This document shows, in pieces, positions 37,349-51,159 of a stretch of 64,000 bases of DNA. Source of the DNA: Leucoraja erinacea (taxonomy: Eukaryota). The notes below the pieces were generated by a model. It was not told the origin of the DNA, did no database searches, and saw only the letters and a program-made list of their open reading frames with translations. The DNA lies in the NCBI RefSeq assembly GCF_028641065.1, contig NC_073397.1, positions 26,350,001 through 26,414,000 of the forward strand. Reading direction: 5' to 3'. The stretch's first letter is position 1, and every line of letters starts with the position of its first letter. The translations under genes were made by a program, and so were the position numbers.

Positions 37349-37477
37349 TTAAGAAAGAACTGCAGATGCTGGAAAAATCGAAGGTAGACAAAAATGCTGG
37401 AGAAACTCAGCGGGTGAGGCAGCATCTATGGAGCGAAGGAAAAGGTGACGTTTCACGTCCAGACCCTTCATTAGACT
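37349..37477 (-). mobile_element. Short PLE pLTR-derived insert
   Basis: 9 bp TSD GTTATATTT (37340-37348 / 37478-37486); reverse complement of the 7103-7241 unit. Confidence 0.85.
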
Positions 37478-37949
37478 GTTATATTTGAATTATTTAGATT
37501 GTAAGGCATTTAAGACAATGATATAAAACTTACTTGATATAATATAAATGGGCAGTGAGATGTGATTTTTCTGAATCTCATGAAAATGGTTATTTGATCC
37601 TACTCAGGGCATTGATTAAAAGAGATGTGATGGTACTTATGCTTGCCATGGGGTAAGTGTACAGTTGCTAACTGTGTCCAGAGCAGTTGCTCTAAGATTG
37701 GCATCATTAATTATTTTAGAATGATTTTCACCTGAAGTCTCAGTGTGAACAGAAGTCTAACTATCAGTCCAAAATATTTATATTCACATTAGTAAAACTT
37801 CATAATTTTGAAACTTTTAAAAAGCTCTGCAGAATATTAATTAATGCCTTATGTGTAAATATATACCTGTTAAGGTATATTGCAGAAGTTGAAAAAATCT
37901 TCAGTTGCATCATTTCTAGTTCACTCAATTGAATTTTCTTCTGCATTTT

Positions 37950-38150
37950 TGAGCTTGAGTTGAGTTGAGTTTAGTTTATTGTCACGTGCACTGAGGTACA
38001 GTGAAAAGCTTTTCTTGCTTGCTAACCAGTCAGCAGAAAGACAATACATGATTACAATCGAGTCACCCACAGTGTACAGATACGTGATAAAGGGAATAAA
38101 GTGAATAACGTTTAGTGCAAGGTAAAGTCTAATCAAAGATAGTCCGTGGA
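37950..38150 (-). mobile_element. Rex1/Babar-like LINE 3' UTR
   Basis: (TTGAG)n tail, TTTATTGTCACGTG..TGAGGTACAGTGAAAAGCTTTT; homologous to 43005-43200. Confidence 0.75.
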
Positions 38151-38744
38151 GATGAGGTGGCTTTGAGATGATTGTGCGCAAAAGCATGCTATGCATGAAT
38201 TGGTGTGAGCATGATGCTGGTCTGTAGAAGAATGGAAATTTGGAATTGTTCCTCTATTCCAAGGGTTCTCCCCAAAGGTCTGCATCAAACTGAAACAAGG
38301 GGAGTAACCAGTTCAGGGATTTTGTTTCCCCCGGTTACAGTTGTAGATGTTTCCCTACATTATTGCTAGTTGCTCATGCCACATTAAGTGCCATTATGTT
38401 TCCAACAGTAGCAACACCAACAACAGTTAAATGTTACAAGGTGCATCACTGGAGAGTTCTCAAACTAAATCTGACATCAAACAATGTAAAGTTAAAAAAT
38501 AGGATTGATCAATTCTTGTTGAAACCATAGCCTACAAATGTGAATTGACTGGATTTGATTGACTGAAGAATGCTCCATGGGTCAGAAGTTAATATACTGA
38601 CCCACTTGTCTTTATCTTGGGTGGCTGGAGTGTGAAATGCTAGTCCTACCAACTGATCTGCCCACTATATATCATTTCTCATAATGTTCACCAACAAGTT
38701 TAATAACAGGTACTCGATTTTTATTAATATTGAATTGAAGAAGA

Positions 38745-39500
38745 TAAGAGCAGGAGTAGGTCTTCAGTTCACCGAGCCTGCTTTGCCATGGAATACTTTT
38801 GCAACTATTTCTCACTTTCAATACGATACTCCTCCTATCTCTTTTTGCCTCAAAATGTCTGCTTCTGAAGTAATTTGGCTTCCATGACTTTCTGCGGTAA
38901 ATATTTTACGTGTTCACCATTTTGTGAGTTAAGAAATTTCTCCTCACCTCATTCTAGGCCCATATCTTGAGCCTGTGACTTCTAGTTCTGTGCCCCCTAG
39001 TCAGAGAGACATGCAGTCTGCATCCAATCTTGCCGTATCAGAAATCTGAGTTTCAAAGGAGATCTCCGCCCAGTTGTCTAAGCTCAAGTGAATACAGATC
39101 TTGTCGACCCAAGGACTCCTCCTGTGGCAGCGGTACCATCTCAGGTATTTATCCGAATGATGAAAGGTGAATCTTCGCAGTGCTCTATTTTATAGCAGGT
39201 ATGTTATACTCTCTTGGATAAGGAGGCCAAGACTGCACACATTACTCTGGTGTGCTCACTCCAAAGCCCTGTATAATTGTGGTGAAACATAATTTATTTT
39301 TGACTCAAAACTTTTTGCAATGAAGGCCAACCCACTGTTTATCTTCTTAACTTCTTTCCAGCTCTGCACAGTTTTCTCTGAGTTTTATATAAGGACACCA
39401 GGTCCCTTTGTATATCAACATATCCCAAAATATCACAATTTAATTACTGCTCTGCCTTTCTGTTTCTTGCCAAAAGTGGATGTTCACATTTATCAACATT
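38745..39500 (-). mobile_element. Decayed CR1 LINE 3' portion
   Basis: AGAGCAGGAGTAGG tail, AAGAAATTTCTCCTCACCTC, GACTGCACACATTACTC, AATGAAGGCCAAC (reverse of LAFIA). Confidence 0.75.
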
Positions 39501-41149
39501 CTATAGCATTTTTATTTAAAAGGTCCATTAAATATGAACACATGGCTATGATAAAGCATAACTTTGGAAATACATTGACAGTTAATCATTCTGTTTACAT
39601 GTATTATGCCACATTGTCATATTTCATGTATATTGTGTGGTTCGGCAGTGCCCCATGATACCGCTGTCGGTGGGGGCATTGATATTGCCTAGTTTATGTT
39701 GATCTATCTGGGGGTGGTATTTCAACTTTATTAATTTTAATGGTGAATTATTTTTTTAATTTTTGGCAGTCCTTTCAACCATTATTGCCAGTTTTAAAAA
39801 GTGGCATTTTACTTGTCCGATGGAAACACAGTCTTCTTTTCAGTGCCAAAGAAGTCAACATATGTTGACATATTGTGATAGAAGCATTGACATTAACAAC
39901 TGGAAGAAAAATGGATAATCCTAAAATATTAAATAACATTGATTTTACTTCATTTTTCTCAGTGATCCGCACAGAATCCGAGTGGAGTGGACTTTTACAG
40001 AGATTAGACAACTGAGTGTTCAGATATTGAATCAGTCTTTCCTCAGTGAGATGTACGTTTGTTTTTTTTAAATAGTAAGAGACTGAAAGAGAGGTGTGGG
40101 GGCTGGGAGGTGAGAAGAAATCCAAACGGAGATTGGTTAAAGATACTGATGCCAGAGAGAACAACTGCATGACTAATAATCTCTGGCTGAAAGGATGGAA
40201 ATCTGCAGGGTATCTCTACCACAGAACAAACAATGAAACAGGAATAATAACTCCTTAAAGCGAACATTCATATAAATAGCTCCCTGGTTGAGATTATTTG
40301 GATTAAAACCTGCCCATTCATTATTTCGGGCTAAAACAGGCCTTTGTCCTTTTCTAGTCAATTTATACATTTTTGAGTTCAACCCTGTGCTCAAACCTAA
40401 AACCTCACTGTCTATCTTTCCTTGGAGACTTTTGAAACCGAGTGAATCAAGATTGTCTCTCTGACATGTTTGGCTGAGTTTGGAATGCAGTGTGTAAACT
40501 GAAGAGCCCCTCTGTTTATAATCAACACATTAAAAAAAAGAGTCAGAATGTTGGTTTTGAAGTATTTCTGAAATGCTTGGATGAATATAAGCAATTTCTT
40601 TTGACCTCTCGACCATCATGCTTCCGTTTTTTTTATTTGTTAATGATTCATAATGTTATCTATTTAAATTATGTTTAAAGAAACTTTCAGTGATACTGAG
40701 AGCTTTAAATATTTTGGACATTTATATTCTACAGTGAACATCATTACTTAGAAGATTATAGTTGATGTTTATGAATGGTTAAGTTAAAAACCTTACATCT
40801 CCCCACTCCTAATTGTACAAATTACAAATACAAATGACAGGTAATGTCTTCAAGTTGTTATTTTTAAGGCCATTGTTTAAATGGATAATCTATACTCATG
40901 CTATCTTCATCTATCGAATGTAGCGTAAGATTGAACATAAAATCATGAGCATTTTTTTCATCAATTTTATTGTTGACTATTTCAATTAGTGCATACAATC
41001 AACCCAGTGCCTTAACCATGTCTAGTTAAAATAATTGGTGTGTAAAACATTTTGTACATTGGTTGAGTAAAGTTCATGAATCTTACAAGAAATCTCCATA
41101 ATGTGATGATAGGTTGTGGTGAGCCACTTTCTTGGACTACTGCAGTTAA

Positions 41150-41575
41150 TTCAGATCATTGTGAGGTGTTGCATTTGGGAAAATCCAGCCAAGACAGGAT
41201 CTTCAAAGTGAATGGCAGAGGACTGGGGAGTACTTTTACAGCAGATGGACTTAGGAGTACAAGTGGATTTGCAGGTAGATAGGGCGATGAAGAAGACTTT
41301 TGGCATTGAGCATAGAAGTTGGGACGCCATGTTAGTTGCACAAGACATTGGTGAGGCTGCATCCGGAGTATTGTGTTCAGCTTTGGTCATCCTACTCGGG
41401 GAAAGATGCCATTAAGGTGAGAAGAGTGCAGCAAAGATTAATAAGGACATTGTAAGGACTCGGGGACCTGAGCTCTAGGGAGAGATTGGGCAGGGGGCTG
41501 AGGAGTGACCTTGTAGAGGTGTACAAGGTCATGAGGGGAATAGATAGAGTGAATGCACAGAGTTTTTCTTCCCTG
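41150..41575 (+). mobile_element. Decayed CR1 RT C-terminal fragment
   Basis: CEVLHLGKS, DLGVQV, IEHRSWDAML, DLVEVYKVMRGIDRVN. Confidence 0.85.
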
Positions 41576-41719
41576 ATTAGTTTAGAATTGTCCATTCACT
41601 CTGTATCCACAAACTCACTTAGTCTGTAGACTTAGAAACTTGGATTTAGTGTCCTCGGCCAAATAGTTGCCATAGACTGTGGAAAAACTGGGGACCCAGC
41701 TCCAATTGCCTGTCAACCT

Positions 41720-41822
41720 GAGTACAGACTATTCCAACCTGCTGGAAAAATCTAAGGTGGACAAAAATGCTGGAGAAACTCAGCGGGTGAGGCATAGAGA
41801 GAAGGAATTGGCGACATTTCTG
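41720..41822 (-). mobile_element. PLE pLTR fragment
   Basis: GCTGGAAAAATCTAAGGTGGACAAAAATGCTGGAGAAACTCAGCGGGTGAGGCA. Confidence 0.8.
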
Positions 41823-41879
41823 GTTGGGATCCTTCTACAGACCTGTTGCTCTCTGTCTGAAGACAGTTTCTCAATCTAT

Positions 41880-42075
41880 GCCCACATTTCATCCCTAATT
41901 CCATGTGCTCTAACCTTATTGAGCAACCTTCTGCTGGACCATCTCGATCACCTTCAGAATATCCAATTACACCACATCACTGGTTCCTTGTTATCTATTC
42001 CATGAGTCACATTCCCAAAGAAATCCAGCAGATTAGTCAAACATGATTTTCCTTTCCTATGTTCATGTCGGCTGT
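41880..42075 (-). mobile_element. CR1 RT N-terminal fragment
   Basis: Minus frame RKGKSCLTNLLDFFGNVTHGIDNKEPV. Confidence 0.8.
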
Positions 42076-43004
42076 GTTTATGGTAAACCATAATGCTGTC
42101 ACATCGGGTGAGACGATCCTGCCTCTGGGACAGATGTATGTATCCAGGGATTATGATATACAAATCTGGCACATTGTCTGTAACATAAGATGTTGAAATG
42201 TCAGGCCATTGTGGACCAAGTTCTTTGTAATTGGGCCAACAGATGCCAGATATTATGAAGGGGGTTTTGTAGGGTTAACGCTATGAGATTGACAGTTTGT
42301 TGTTAAACACGACAAGTAGCTTAGAGAGGCTGTATATTCCATTAGAAGTGGATTGAATATACACTAAAGTAGATTCAAGTAGGACCCTTACAGTGAGGAG
42401 AGATTATATTCATCTCCTCAGTCTAGATTAGCACTGCGTTTCAGAGGGGAAAGAAATATTTGATTTTTATATTGCATGATTACATGTGAAAAAGAATGAA
42501 AGATTATTAATATGACTGCTACTTCAGAATATATATTTTTCTCTAAATCATCCAGACTATCTTGGAACATGAAAAAAAAAGTGTTTTTCTTCGAATGATG
42601 GAGATAATAGTTAGAAGGGGATTTTGTATCAAAGGTATTTTGATATATTGTTAATGAGATAATCTGCAGCATATTTAAATTGCAATATAAAAGCAGCCCT
42701 TGCAAGATGGCAGAAGGATAAACTGTAGTGGCCTGTTGCATCACAGTTTAAATTATTTATGTGAACTATGTGCAAAATATTTTCAGTCATTAAAAACTTC
42801 ACTGACCATTTGGGGATACAAAGCAGTGATGTGTGCAAAGGTTTCAACTGCAAGTGAATGGATCTTATAATTTGGTAGCTTTGCACAGCTGCAGATAGGT
42901 AATATTGTACTAAACAGTTTATCAGTCAACTTTATCATCTGTGCTCTTATTGTCTGAAAAGTGGGCTATGTTACAATACTAAGGATTGAGGTGAACATCC
43001 CAGT

Positions 43005-43435
43005 CCAGTTCAACATAGTTTATTGTCATGTGTACCGAGGTACAGTGAAAAGCTTTTGTTGCGTGCTAATCGGTCAGCAGAAAGACAACATATGATTACA
43101 ATTGAGCCATTTACAGTGTATAGATGCTTGATAAGGGAATAATGTTTAGTACAAGGTCTGATCAAAGATAGTCTGAGGTAGATAGTAGTTCAGGACTGCT
43201 CTCTAGTTGTGTTTGGATGATTCAGTTGCCTGATAAGAACTGGGAAAACACTCTTCCTGAATCTGGAGGTGTGCGCTTTCACACTTTCATATCTCTTGCG
43301 TGTTGGGAGGGGAGAAAAGGGTGGCCAGGATGCAACTCGTCCTTGATTATGCTGCTGGCCTTCCCAAAGCAGAGGTATAAATGGAGTCAATGGAAGGGAG
43401 TTTGATTTGTGTGATAGTCCTGGCTGTGTCCAGAC
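43005..43435 (-). mobile_element. Rex1/Babar-like LINE 3' end
   Basis: ORF 43462-43190 includes FSPLPTRKRYESVKAHTSRFRKSVFPVLIRQLN. Confidence 0.8.
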
Positions 43436-45559
43436 CATCTCTTTCTTGCGACTGACGGACACACCTGCCGCAGATGTCAGACCTATGTAGTTGTTGCTGT
43501 TACAGCTACTGTTGCACTTTGTGCATTGTTCATGTTGGTACAGGTGCTGAAAGTCCTTGCTCCATGAAACATTAGTAATGAAAGTGTGAAGCTTTACAGA
43601 ACAGGATTAAGGCAAGATGGATGACAAGATTCTACAGGAATCATGGAAAGTACAGCTAAACCTCTACTGGTTCCTCGTGTTAAGCCTAATGGTCAGTCTG
43701 GATAATTAAGGCTGAAATCTCACACACTACATGTGTTTGCTTTAAATAATCATATGGTTATTCATTATTATGTTCAAAAGATTAAATCATTCCACCAACA
43801 ATGGTTCACAAAGAAAAAGCAGGTTGAAATACAAGGAGAGTATCATCACCCTCCCTCTGCCTCAACAATGAGGGCCAAACATAATCTTGGCGATTAACTT
43901 TACAATTTGTAGTGAAATGGACCAATGTTTCTGTGTTCTGGCTTCTGATTTAAACAGACATGACAATTCCTACCACCCTCATGATGACTCCACTGCTTAA
44001 GATTCTTATGTTACTCATGACCCCGGCAGATGACAACTTAAAAAAAAAATGTAATGCCTGTTACTTATAAAAGGAAGCAGATTCTTATCAGGAAACAGGT
44101 TGTTCACATTGAGCTGTTCTATGAAAAGGCTGAATGTGTGCTTCAGCTTCATATTGGGTCTAATGTAGGCACTGTATGTGAGTATATTATCAGACTGTGA
44201 TGCTTTAATAGTGTCATAACCAGTCTTGATGTAGATATCACAATTTCTGTGATTGCCTAAAAAAAATATTTTAAATATATATTGAAAATTATATTATCAA
44301 TGGATGAATAAATGCGAGTCACATGATTTTAAAAAAACGACTATTTCATTATTGTCAAGTTTTTGTTTTGCAAAAAAAAACATTTTTAGTTATGGATTGA
44401 CATTGACTTCTAGGGACTGCTGGAGGCTGAATTTTAAATCAATGACAGACCACTGGGATGAATTTTGTGTGTTCCCATATAACCACACATTAACAAATTC
44501 ACCCTCGCGTACATCTTTATTTTTTTTGTAAGGTCCTGCATATATTCAATTGAAAGACTCCTCATCGAGAGAACAATAGAATTGACAATAAAACTGTATA
44601 CATTTTAAAAGTATGTGCTATTCTTCAACAAATTTATGGTGTCATGGCATCATCATAGTTTTATGGTTATCATTCACAGGATCCTGAATACTGCTGGACG
44701 CGCTGCACTATGATACATGATCACTACTTATTGAAGTACCATAACATCCTTGTTTTTAACTAACATGTCAAAGTTGAATCATGTCACAGCAGTCTAGTAA
44801 TGGTGAAGGTTTGTGAATAATGATGACCCGCAGATGGTAATTTCTTTCTCAGTGTGCGAGAGAACATTAGGACTCTGAAAGTAATACTTAAACATAGGGT
44901 CTTGACATTCTAATTTTTTTTTTCAACTGCTATTTCAACTAACGTGAAAGAAATGTTAAGAAGGCTGTTTAAGCATGGAATTTTCTTTCCCTCCACCTTT
45001 TCTCCTGTTTCTGTTTCCCATTCTCCTTTTGCTGTCGTTATTGTTCCTAATCAGTTGTCAGGAACATAAGGATATTTGGAATTTTTCTGAGAGGAGAAAT
45101 TAGTTGTGGCATATAAAATAATAGCATTGATGAAGAAGGGGTGTTGCATTCAGAGTGTGCTGTGTTAATATTCAATCTAAATCTACTAAATGCACTTTCT
45201 CCATTACAAAATCCTTAAATTATGAGCGTGTCAGAGTGAGGATCGGATCAATTACAAATACGAGCTGATAATGGAACGAGCAGAGGTGTTGGTCTTGGTA
45301 GTGATTGTAACTGCATGAACACAACTTAGGAAGCTGGAGTCAGACCATTGTGAAATTAATATATATTTTTTAAATTTCAATGAAGGAAGTATATTGCTTT
45401 TATCATTCTAGACCATATCTTGGTATTACTGCGAAGTAATCACCTTCAGGTTCAGGAAAATAAATTCAATGAAATCGTTGTTTGTGGAATTGCATTCCCA
45501 AAGATTAAAAATCTTGGGTTGCAATTCTAATAACATTTTTAAGATGTCATTCACAAATC

Positions 45560-45840
45560 TGAAATGAGATGAGAGTGACAACCCTTGACATTAAGGCAAC
45601 ATTCGACTGAATGTGGGGTCAAGGGGCTGCTAGTAAAACTGAGGTAAATGGGCACCAAAGAGAAAGCAATCTAACAGTTTAGTTCCATCTCACACAAAGG
45701 AAGATGGCAGTGGTTGTTGGAGGTCAATCACCCAGCCCCAGAACGTCACAGAGATCTCAATACAATATGCTGGATCTAACCATGTACTGCTCCTTCCAAT
45801 GGTCAAAAGTGGTCATTTATTGATGATTGCACAATGTGTG
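45560..45840 (+). mobile_element. Old CR1-group LINE RT fragment
   Basis: VTTLDIKATFD..W..LLVKL and FIDDCT remnants; a matching 3' tail may lie at 47890-47950. Confidence 0.65.
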
Positions 45841-45848
45841 AAGTTAAA

Positions 45849-46370
45849 GGGCCAGCATGGTCGACACGGAGATTCTAGGAGGTCACTGTTACTTTCCTTC
45901 ATGCTCGAGGGAAGTTCATCCATACTCGCGGCCTCAGTTTGGTCGAGGAAAAATTTTCAGCATGCTGAAAAATATTCCGCGAGTAAAAATTGGTCGGCAT
46001 GGCTCTTTTGAACTTGTAGTGCAGTGGTAGTGGGGTCGCTATGTAGTTATAGGCAGTCGAGGGCAGCTATAGGCAATCTCCTTTGTTGACCGGCATTTTA
46101 ATTGGCTCATTGGAGTTTTCAGAACCAAGGAAAACCGACAAGGTAATGTTAAATGCCCACTAAACTTTATTAAAAGTTGGCTGGCTTCTTAAAAGTGTCT
46201 CCACTCCTTCTCCTCCCTTATCCCCCCTTCTTTCCCCTTCTCTCCCCACCCCCCCTCCCCGCTTTCTAAAGGACTTACCGTACACTGTGCCAGCCGTCTT
46301 TTACCTTCTTGTTCATCGCGGGTGTGAATTTCAGACAGTGCGCCCCCACTTTCCCTGGCCCCCGCCTTTG
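45849..46370. mobile_element. Fragment of a GGGCC-TIR DNA transposon
   Basis: Begins TTAAA-GGGCC; interior is homologous to 11330-11450 in inverted orientation. Confidence 0.6.
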
Positions 46371-46460
46371 GTGTGTGTGTGTGTGTGTGCGTGTGCGTGT
46401 GCGTGTGCGTGTGCGTGTGCGTGTGCGTGTGTGTGTGTGGGTGTGGGTGTGTGTGTGTGT
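46371..46460. repeat. (GT)n/(GCGTGT)n microsatellite
   Basis: About 90 bp of mostly alternating purine-pyrimidine sequence. Confidence 0.95.
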
Positions 46461-47860
46461 CCAGCCTTCCTCGCAGCCTTCGCCCGCAGCGAAGAAGATG
46501 ACACTGGCTACCACCGATTGGTAGAACATCTGCAGCATTTCACTGCAGATGTTGAAGGAGTGGAGCCTTCTCAAAAACTACTGCATTCCTGGACCAGTCC
46601 AGTTTACTGTCCAGGTACACTCCCAGGTATTTGTACTCCCTGGTAAACTGCACATCCACACCACTGATGGAGACAGGGGACAGGGGTGTTCCTCTCCTCC
46701 TAAGGTCCACCACCAACCGCTTAGTCTTGTCGGTGTTGAGCTGCAGGTGATTCAGCCCAAGCAACTCACCAAAGTCATTGACTACACCTCTATATTCACC
46801 TTCCCTCCCCTCACAGATGCAGCCCACAATTGAAGAGTCATCTGAAAACTTCAGCAGGTGGCAGGAGGCAGAGTCATATCTGAAGTCCAAGGTGTAGATG
46901 GTAAACAGGAAGGCAGAGAGGACCATCCCCTGTGGGGCCCCTGTGTTGCTCATCACCATGTCTGAGACACAATTCTCTAGCCTGACATATTGCGGTCATC
47001 CATTCGGGTAGTTGGTGATCCAGGCCACCTATGGAGCATCCACCCGCACCTTCATCAGTTTGCTCCGTAGCAGTGCAAGCCGGATCGTGTTAAAAGCACT
47101 GGAGAAGTAAAATAACATGACTCTCACAATGCTTCTCGGCTTATCCAGGTGAGCATAAGAACGATGGAGTAGGTGGATGATGGCATCTTCAACCCCCATC
47201 TTTGCCTGGTAAGTGAACTGCAGGGGTCCAGGTAGGGCTTAAACAGGTGGCGCAGGTGAGTGAGCACCAGCCTCTCCAGGGACTTCATGATGTGTGAAGT
47301 CACCCCACCGGTCTGTGGTCATTGGAGGAGCTGGGACGTGTCCTCTTTGGTACAGGAACCAGGCGGGATGTCTTCCACATCACAAGAACCTGCTCCAGGC
47401 TCAGGTTGAAGATATATTGTAGTACTCCACACACACCTTGAGTACCCTAGAGCTGACACCATCGGGACCCGAAGCTTTGCCGGGCGAAGTCCGCTCAGCT
47501 CCTTCCTCACTTGCTCAGTCTTGATGGTCAGGCTCGGCAAAGAAAGGGCAGAGGAAGTGGACCAGGGGGATTGAGGGTGGGCGGAAGCCCCACCACCAAA
47601 TCTATTAAAAAAAAACAGGTTTAGCTCATTGGCCCAGTCCTGATTGCTTTCCCTCCCCAGGTCACTGGTCTTCTTGTAGCATGTAATGCTCTTCATCCCG
47701 CTCCACACATCCCTCATGTTCTGCTGCTGACTCCGCTCCAGCTTCCTATTGTAGTCGTCCTTGCCCTGTCTTAGTCTCGCCTTCAGGTCTTTCTGCACCC
47801 GGTTCACCTCCTCCCTGTCACCATTCCTGAAGGCCCTCTTCTTCTGGTTGAGTACTGCAG
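46461..47860 (-). mobile_element. Rex1 LINE fragment (RT pseudogene)
   Basis: NTGAPQGMVLSAFLFTIYT, LLKFSDDSSIVGCI, LQLNTDKTK, YKYLGVYLDSKLDW, MFYQSVVAS; upstream VQKDLKARLRQGKDDY. Confidence 0.93.
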
Positions 47861-48293
47861 TAGATCAAATATATAGTTATTTACCATTCGTCAAGGGCAT
47901 TTGAGGCTGCCCAATAAATGCCAGCAACGTCCAAATCTTAATGAATAACATAAATAATTGCCTTTACAGTCCTCTGGAAAATAAAACCTGTCAGTACGCC
48001 TTATGACTGCTGAGAAATTAATTAACGCAATCTGAAATGTGAATCTTACTTTTTCAATCAATAATTATTTAGATGTTACAGCAACAGTACATAAAACTTC
48101 AATCAATCAAGTTGAAAGCTGCAGAATTTTACATTCTGATAAAGGGAACTACAGGAGATTGCCAGTGAAGCATCAGTAGGCCAGTGGTCTTCTAAATGCA
48201 ATCTATTTGCATGATTCTGGTACTTTTGAGATCATTTGTTCCGATTGTAAACATGGTTTGACCTATTGTCATACTTTGCGCAAAATTAAGCAA

Positions 48294-48595
48294 GGGCGGC
48301 ATGGTGGCGCCGCGTAGAGTTGCTGCTTACAGCGCCAGAGACCCGGGTTTGATCCTGACAGCGGGTGCTGTCTGTATGGAGTTTGTACGTTCTCCCCATG
48401 ACCGCATGGGTTTTCTCCAAGTACCCTGCTTTCCTCTCACACTCTAAAGATGTACTGCTTTGTAGATTTGTTGGCTTCAGTACAAAATTGTAAATTGTTT
48501 CTAGTGTGTAGAATAGCGTGCAGGGATCGCTGGTTGGTGCGGACTCAGTGGGCTGAAGGGTTTGTTTCCGCTCTGTATCACTAAACAAAACTAAA
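48294..48595 (+). mobile_element. HE1-like V-SINE, full length
   Basis: GGGCGGCATGGTGGCGC head, GGGTTTGATCC B box, V-domain, CTAAAC tail. Confidence 0.92.
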
Positions 48596-48985
48596 ATGGT
48601 TTCATGAAGTACCTCTTGACTGATGTAAATCTCATACAAGCTGTTAATTTTATTTTTACTGTGAATTGTATTCTTACTTAGCATATGAGTCAATAATTTA
48701 CATGCAGCACATGTGGCAAGTCATGTGAATGACCATAGCAAGGACAGAATGGGGATATATCATCATTCCATATTTAATTCTAGTATTGGTGGTTTTATTA
48801 TGCTCCTTGTTTTGCTGGTTTGAATATTAATCTAGATTTATTTAATGAATTGGAAAAAAATAATTAGAACATAATATTGTAGTAAAAGGTTGAATTCCAC
48901 GGGAGAATGAAATGTGAAGATGTTCACTGTTTAGATTGAACATTGCAACATAATGCATTATCAATCTTGGCTGGGAGGAACAATA

Positions 48986-49450
48986 GGGGCGGCATGATGG
49001 CGCAATGGTAGAGTTGCTGCATTACAGTGCTTACAGCACTAGAGTCCCAAGTTCAATCCCGACCAGGGTGCTTGTACATTTGTACGTTCTCCCCGTGACC
49101 GCGTGGGGTTTCTCCAAGATCTTCGGTTTCCTCCCACATTCTGAAGGGCCTGTCCCATTTGGCGATTTTTTTCGGAGACTTGACTGACGTATCAGGTCAC
49201 CGAAAAATTTGCGGCGTGACGCGCCGTGATGTTGTATTGACGCACGGCGTTTTTTCAAGTGTCGCAACATTTTTTTTGATACCGCTGGATTTTGAAATGT
49301 TCAAAATGTTTGTAGGTTATTTGAATGGTATATATGTAAATTGTCCCTAGTGTATGTAGGAGAGTGTTAAATGTGTGGGAATTGCTGGTTGGCGTGGACT
49401 CAGTGGGCGGAAGGTCCAATTTCCGTGCTGTATGTTGAAACAAAGCTAAA
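48986..49450 (+). mobile_element. HE1-like V-SINE interrupted by a MITE end
   Basis: SINE breaks after CTCCCACATTCTGA and resumes at TTTGTAGGTTA (~49309). Confidence 0.88.
49146..49308. mobile_element. One end of a GGGCCTGTCCCA-TIR DNA transposon
   Basis: Starts GGGCCTGTCCCATTT; CpG-rich interior; other end absent. Confidence 0.7.
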
Positions 49451-51159
49451 TCTTGAGTTTGAGCTTTGTGAATCTATTATTCTGAGGTGAATATGCGGCC
49501 ATTTATTGTTGACAGTTATCTGTTTGTTGGGACTGATATGGAGTTGATGGCATGGAACTGAGTGGTGAAGAGACTCTCACAATTTTGCCTGTCCTTTTGC
49601 ACATGAGCCCACTAGTTGAGATGTTGTAGACTAATGTCCATAATAATTAATTTCTTCATTTCTTCGTTGCTCTCTTAAAAACTATAATTAGGGTGGGCCA
49701 TGATGAATGTTTATGGTTCATTATTGTTGCTCCTCTCTGAGTTCAGTAATGGGGCGGCATCATCTGAAGAAGTCACGAGAAGTTGACTCCAAAATGTAGC
49801 ATTTGCATTCCTTGCTTAAATAATTGTACAGTACCAAACAGTTCCCTCCACTGATGCTGCCTGACCAGCTGAGTTCCTCCAACAATTTGCATTTTTTTTA
49901 TTGTGTGCAAGATGCTTTTGTAAAAGAGAATATCCATCACATGCATAGACAGTTAATTTCAGTAAGGTAGGTAACATGGAGTATTTACACATAATAATCT
50001 TAAGCCTACACGTCTGAACTTAGTCATGGGCTTAATTGCCTTAATGACCAGGAAGAGGTAGGGAACGATCCTCCCCTACAGCCTAGTCTCTCTGATAGCC
50101 CACAATGACCTTCTTCCTATCCAGCGAGACAGGCAGTTGATTTTTGGCTGTGATACAAAGTTGTCTTGATGAATGTTTGTGTCTTGCTCTCTGGACGTTG
50201 GTGAATGTGGGGGCTATCTGATGTCTGGATGGTCAGAATATTACAGCTCTTGATAACAAATCTTGATATCTTAAACAATATCATTTTAGGGTGGTGTCAA
50301 TTGAGCTTGGGTAGTTACCTTGATAGGATCCAGAAAAAATTCCATTGGATCTCTCTCTCCAAGTCCTTCAGCTAGATACCCAAGTGTACCAAGTGTACCA
50401 GAAAGTCACCCAAAGTAAAAATCTCCCCAATGGATACAAAGATAAAGAGCTAGAAATTGTTGTACATAACGTTTAGTGCTAACACTGTTCTAGATCACCC
50501 AAGGTCTCTGTGTGAAGTCTACATGAAGAGAGAACTGTATTTCCAAGGTGCACAGAACAACAGTGGTGAGCTTCCCGGGAATCGATGTTTGTGGTTTTAG
50601 TGCCACATTCCTCGTGGATTTGTTGTACCTTTTTGTGATACTTGGCAAGTAGCACATGCAATTCTATCGCAGCCAGCTCTTAATTGGGACACACATCCAG
50701 TTCCAGGTGAATGTGCTTCTGAATTAATGAATGCTGCCGTAATTGGAGTGGGTGGGCAGACTGCTCCCGGGAGGATCAGCGGTCTCTTGGCAAGTTGGTC
50801 CCCGAGATCCTCCAGAGCTTACAGCAAGCGCTCCTGGCAGGGAATTACTAGGAGGTCTCTCGGGACAGGAGCACAGTATCTGAAGGCCTACAACTTTAGA
50901 GATGCATGCAAAGCATGCTTCCGTATGTGGCTTGGGTAACGTTAATGAAGCAGTGAGCAGAAAACAATGGCTTGCTGCAAAGATTGGCAGCAAAAGCATG
51001 GGATAACCAGGGGCCAGGAAAATGAGAGTAACATAATCCCAACCTCTGCTAGCAAAGTGGAAGTTAAGTTTGGTGGTGGATAGAGGTCATGAACTACATT
51101 TCAATTTTGTCCCCTCAAATAGAATAGTTCAGAAGAAATAAGACGAGCAAAACCCGACC

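Noticed and set aside
49700-49767. ATGATGA...CTGA, C/D-box snoRNA-like
   Set aside because: No terminal stem or recognisable guide; the last CTGA appears to belong to a decayed PLE motif.
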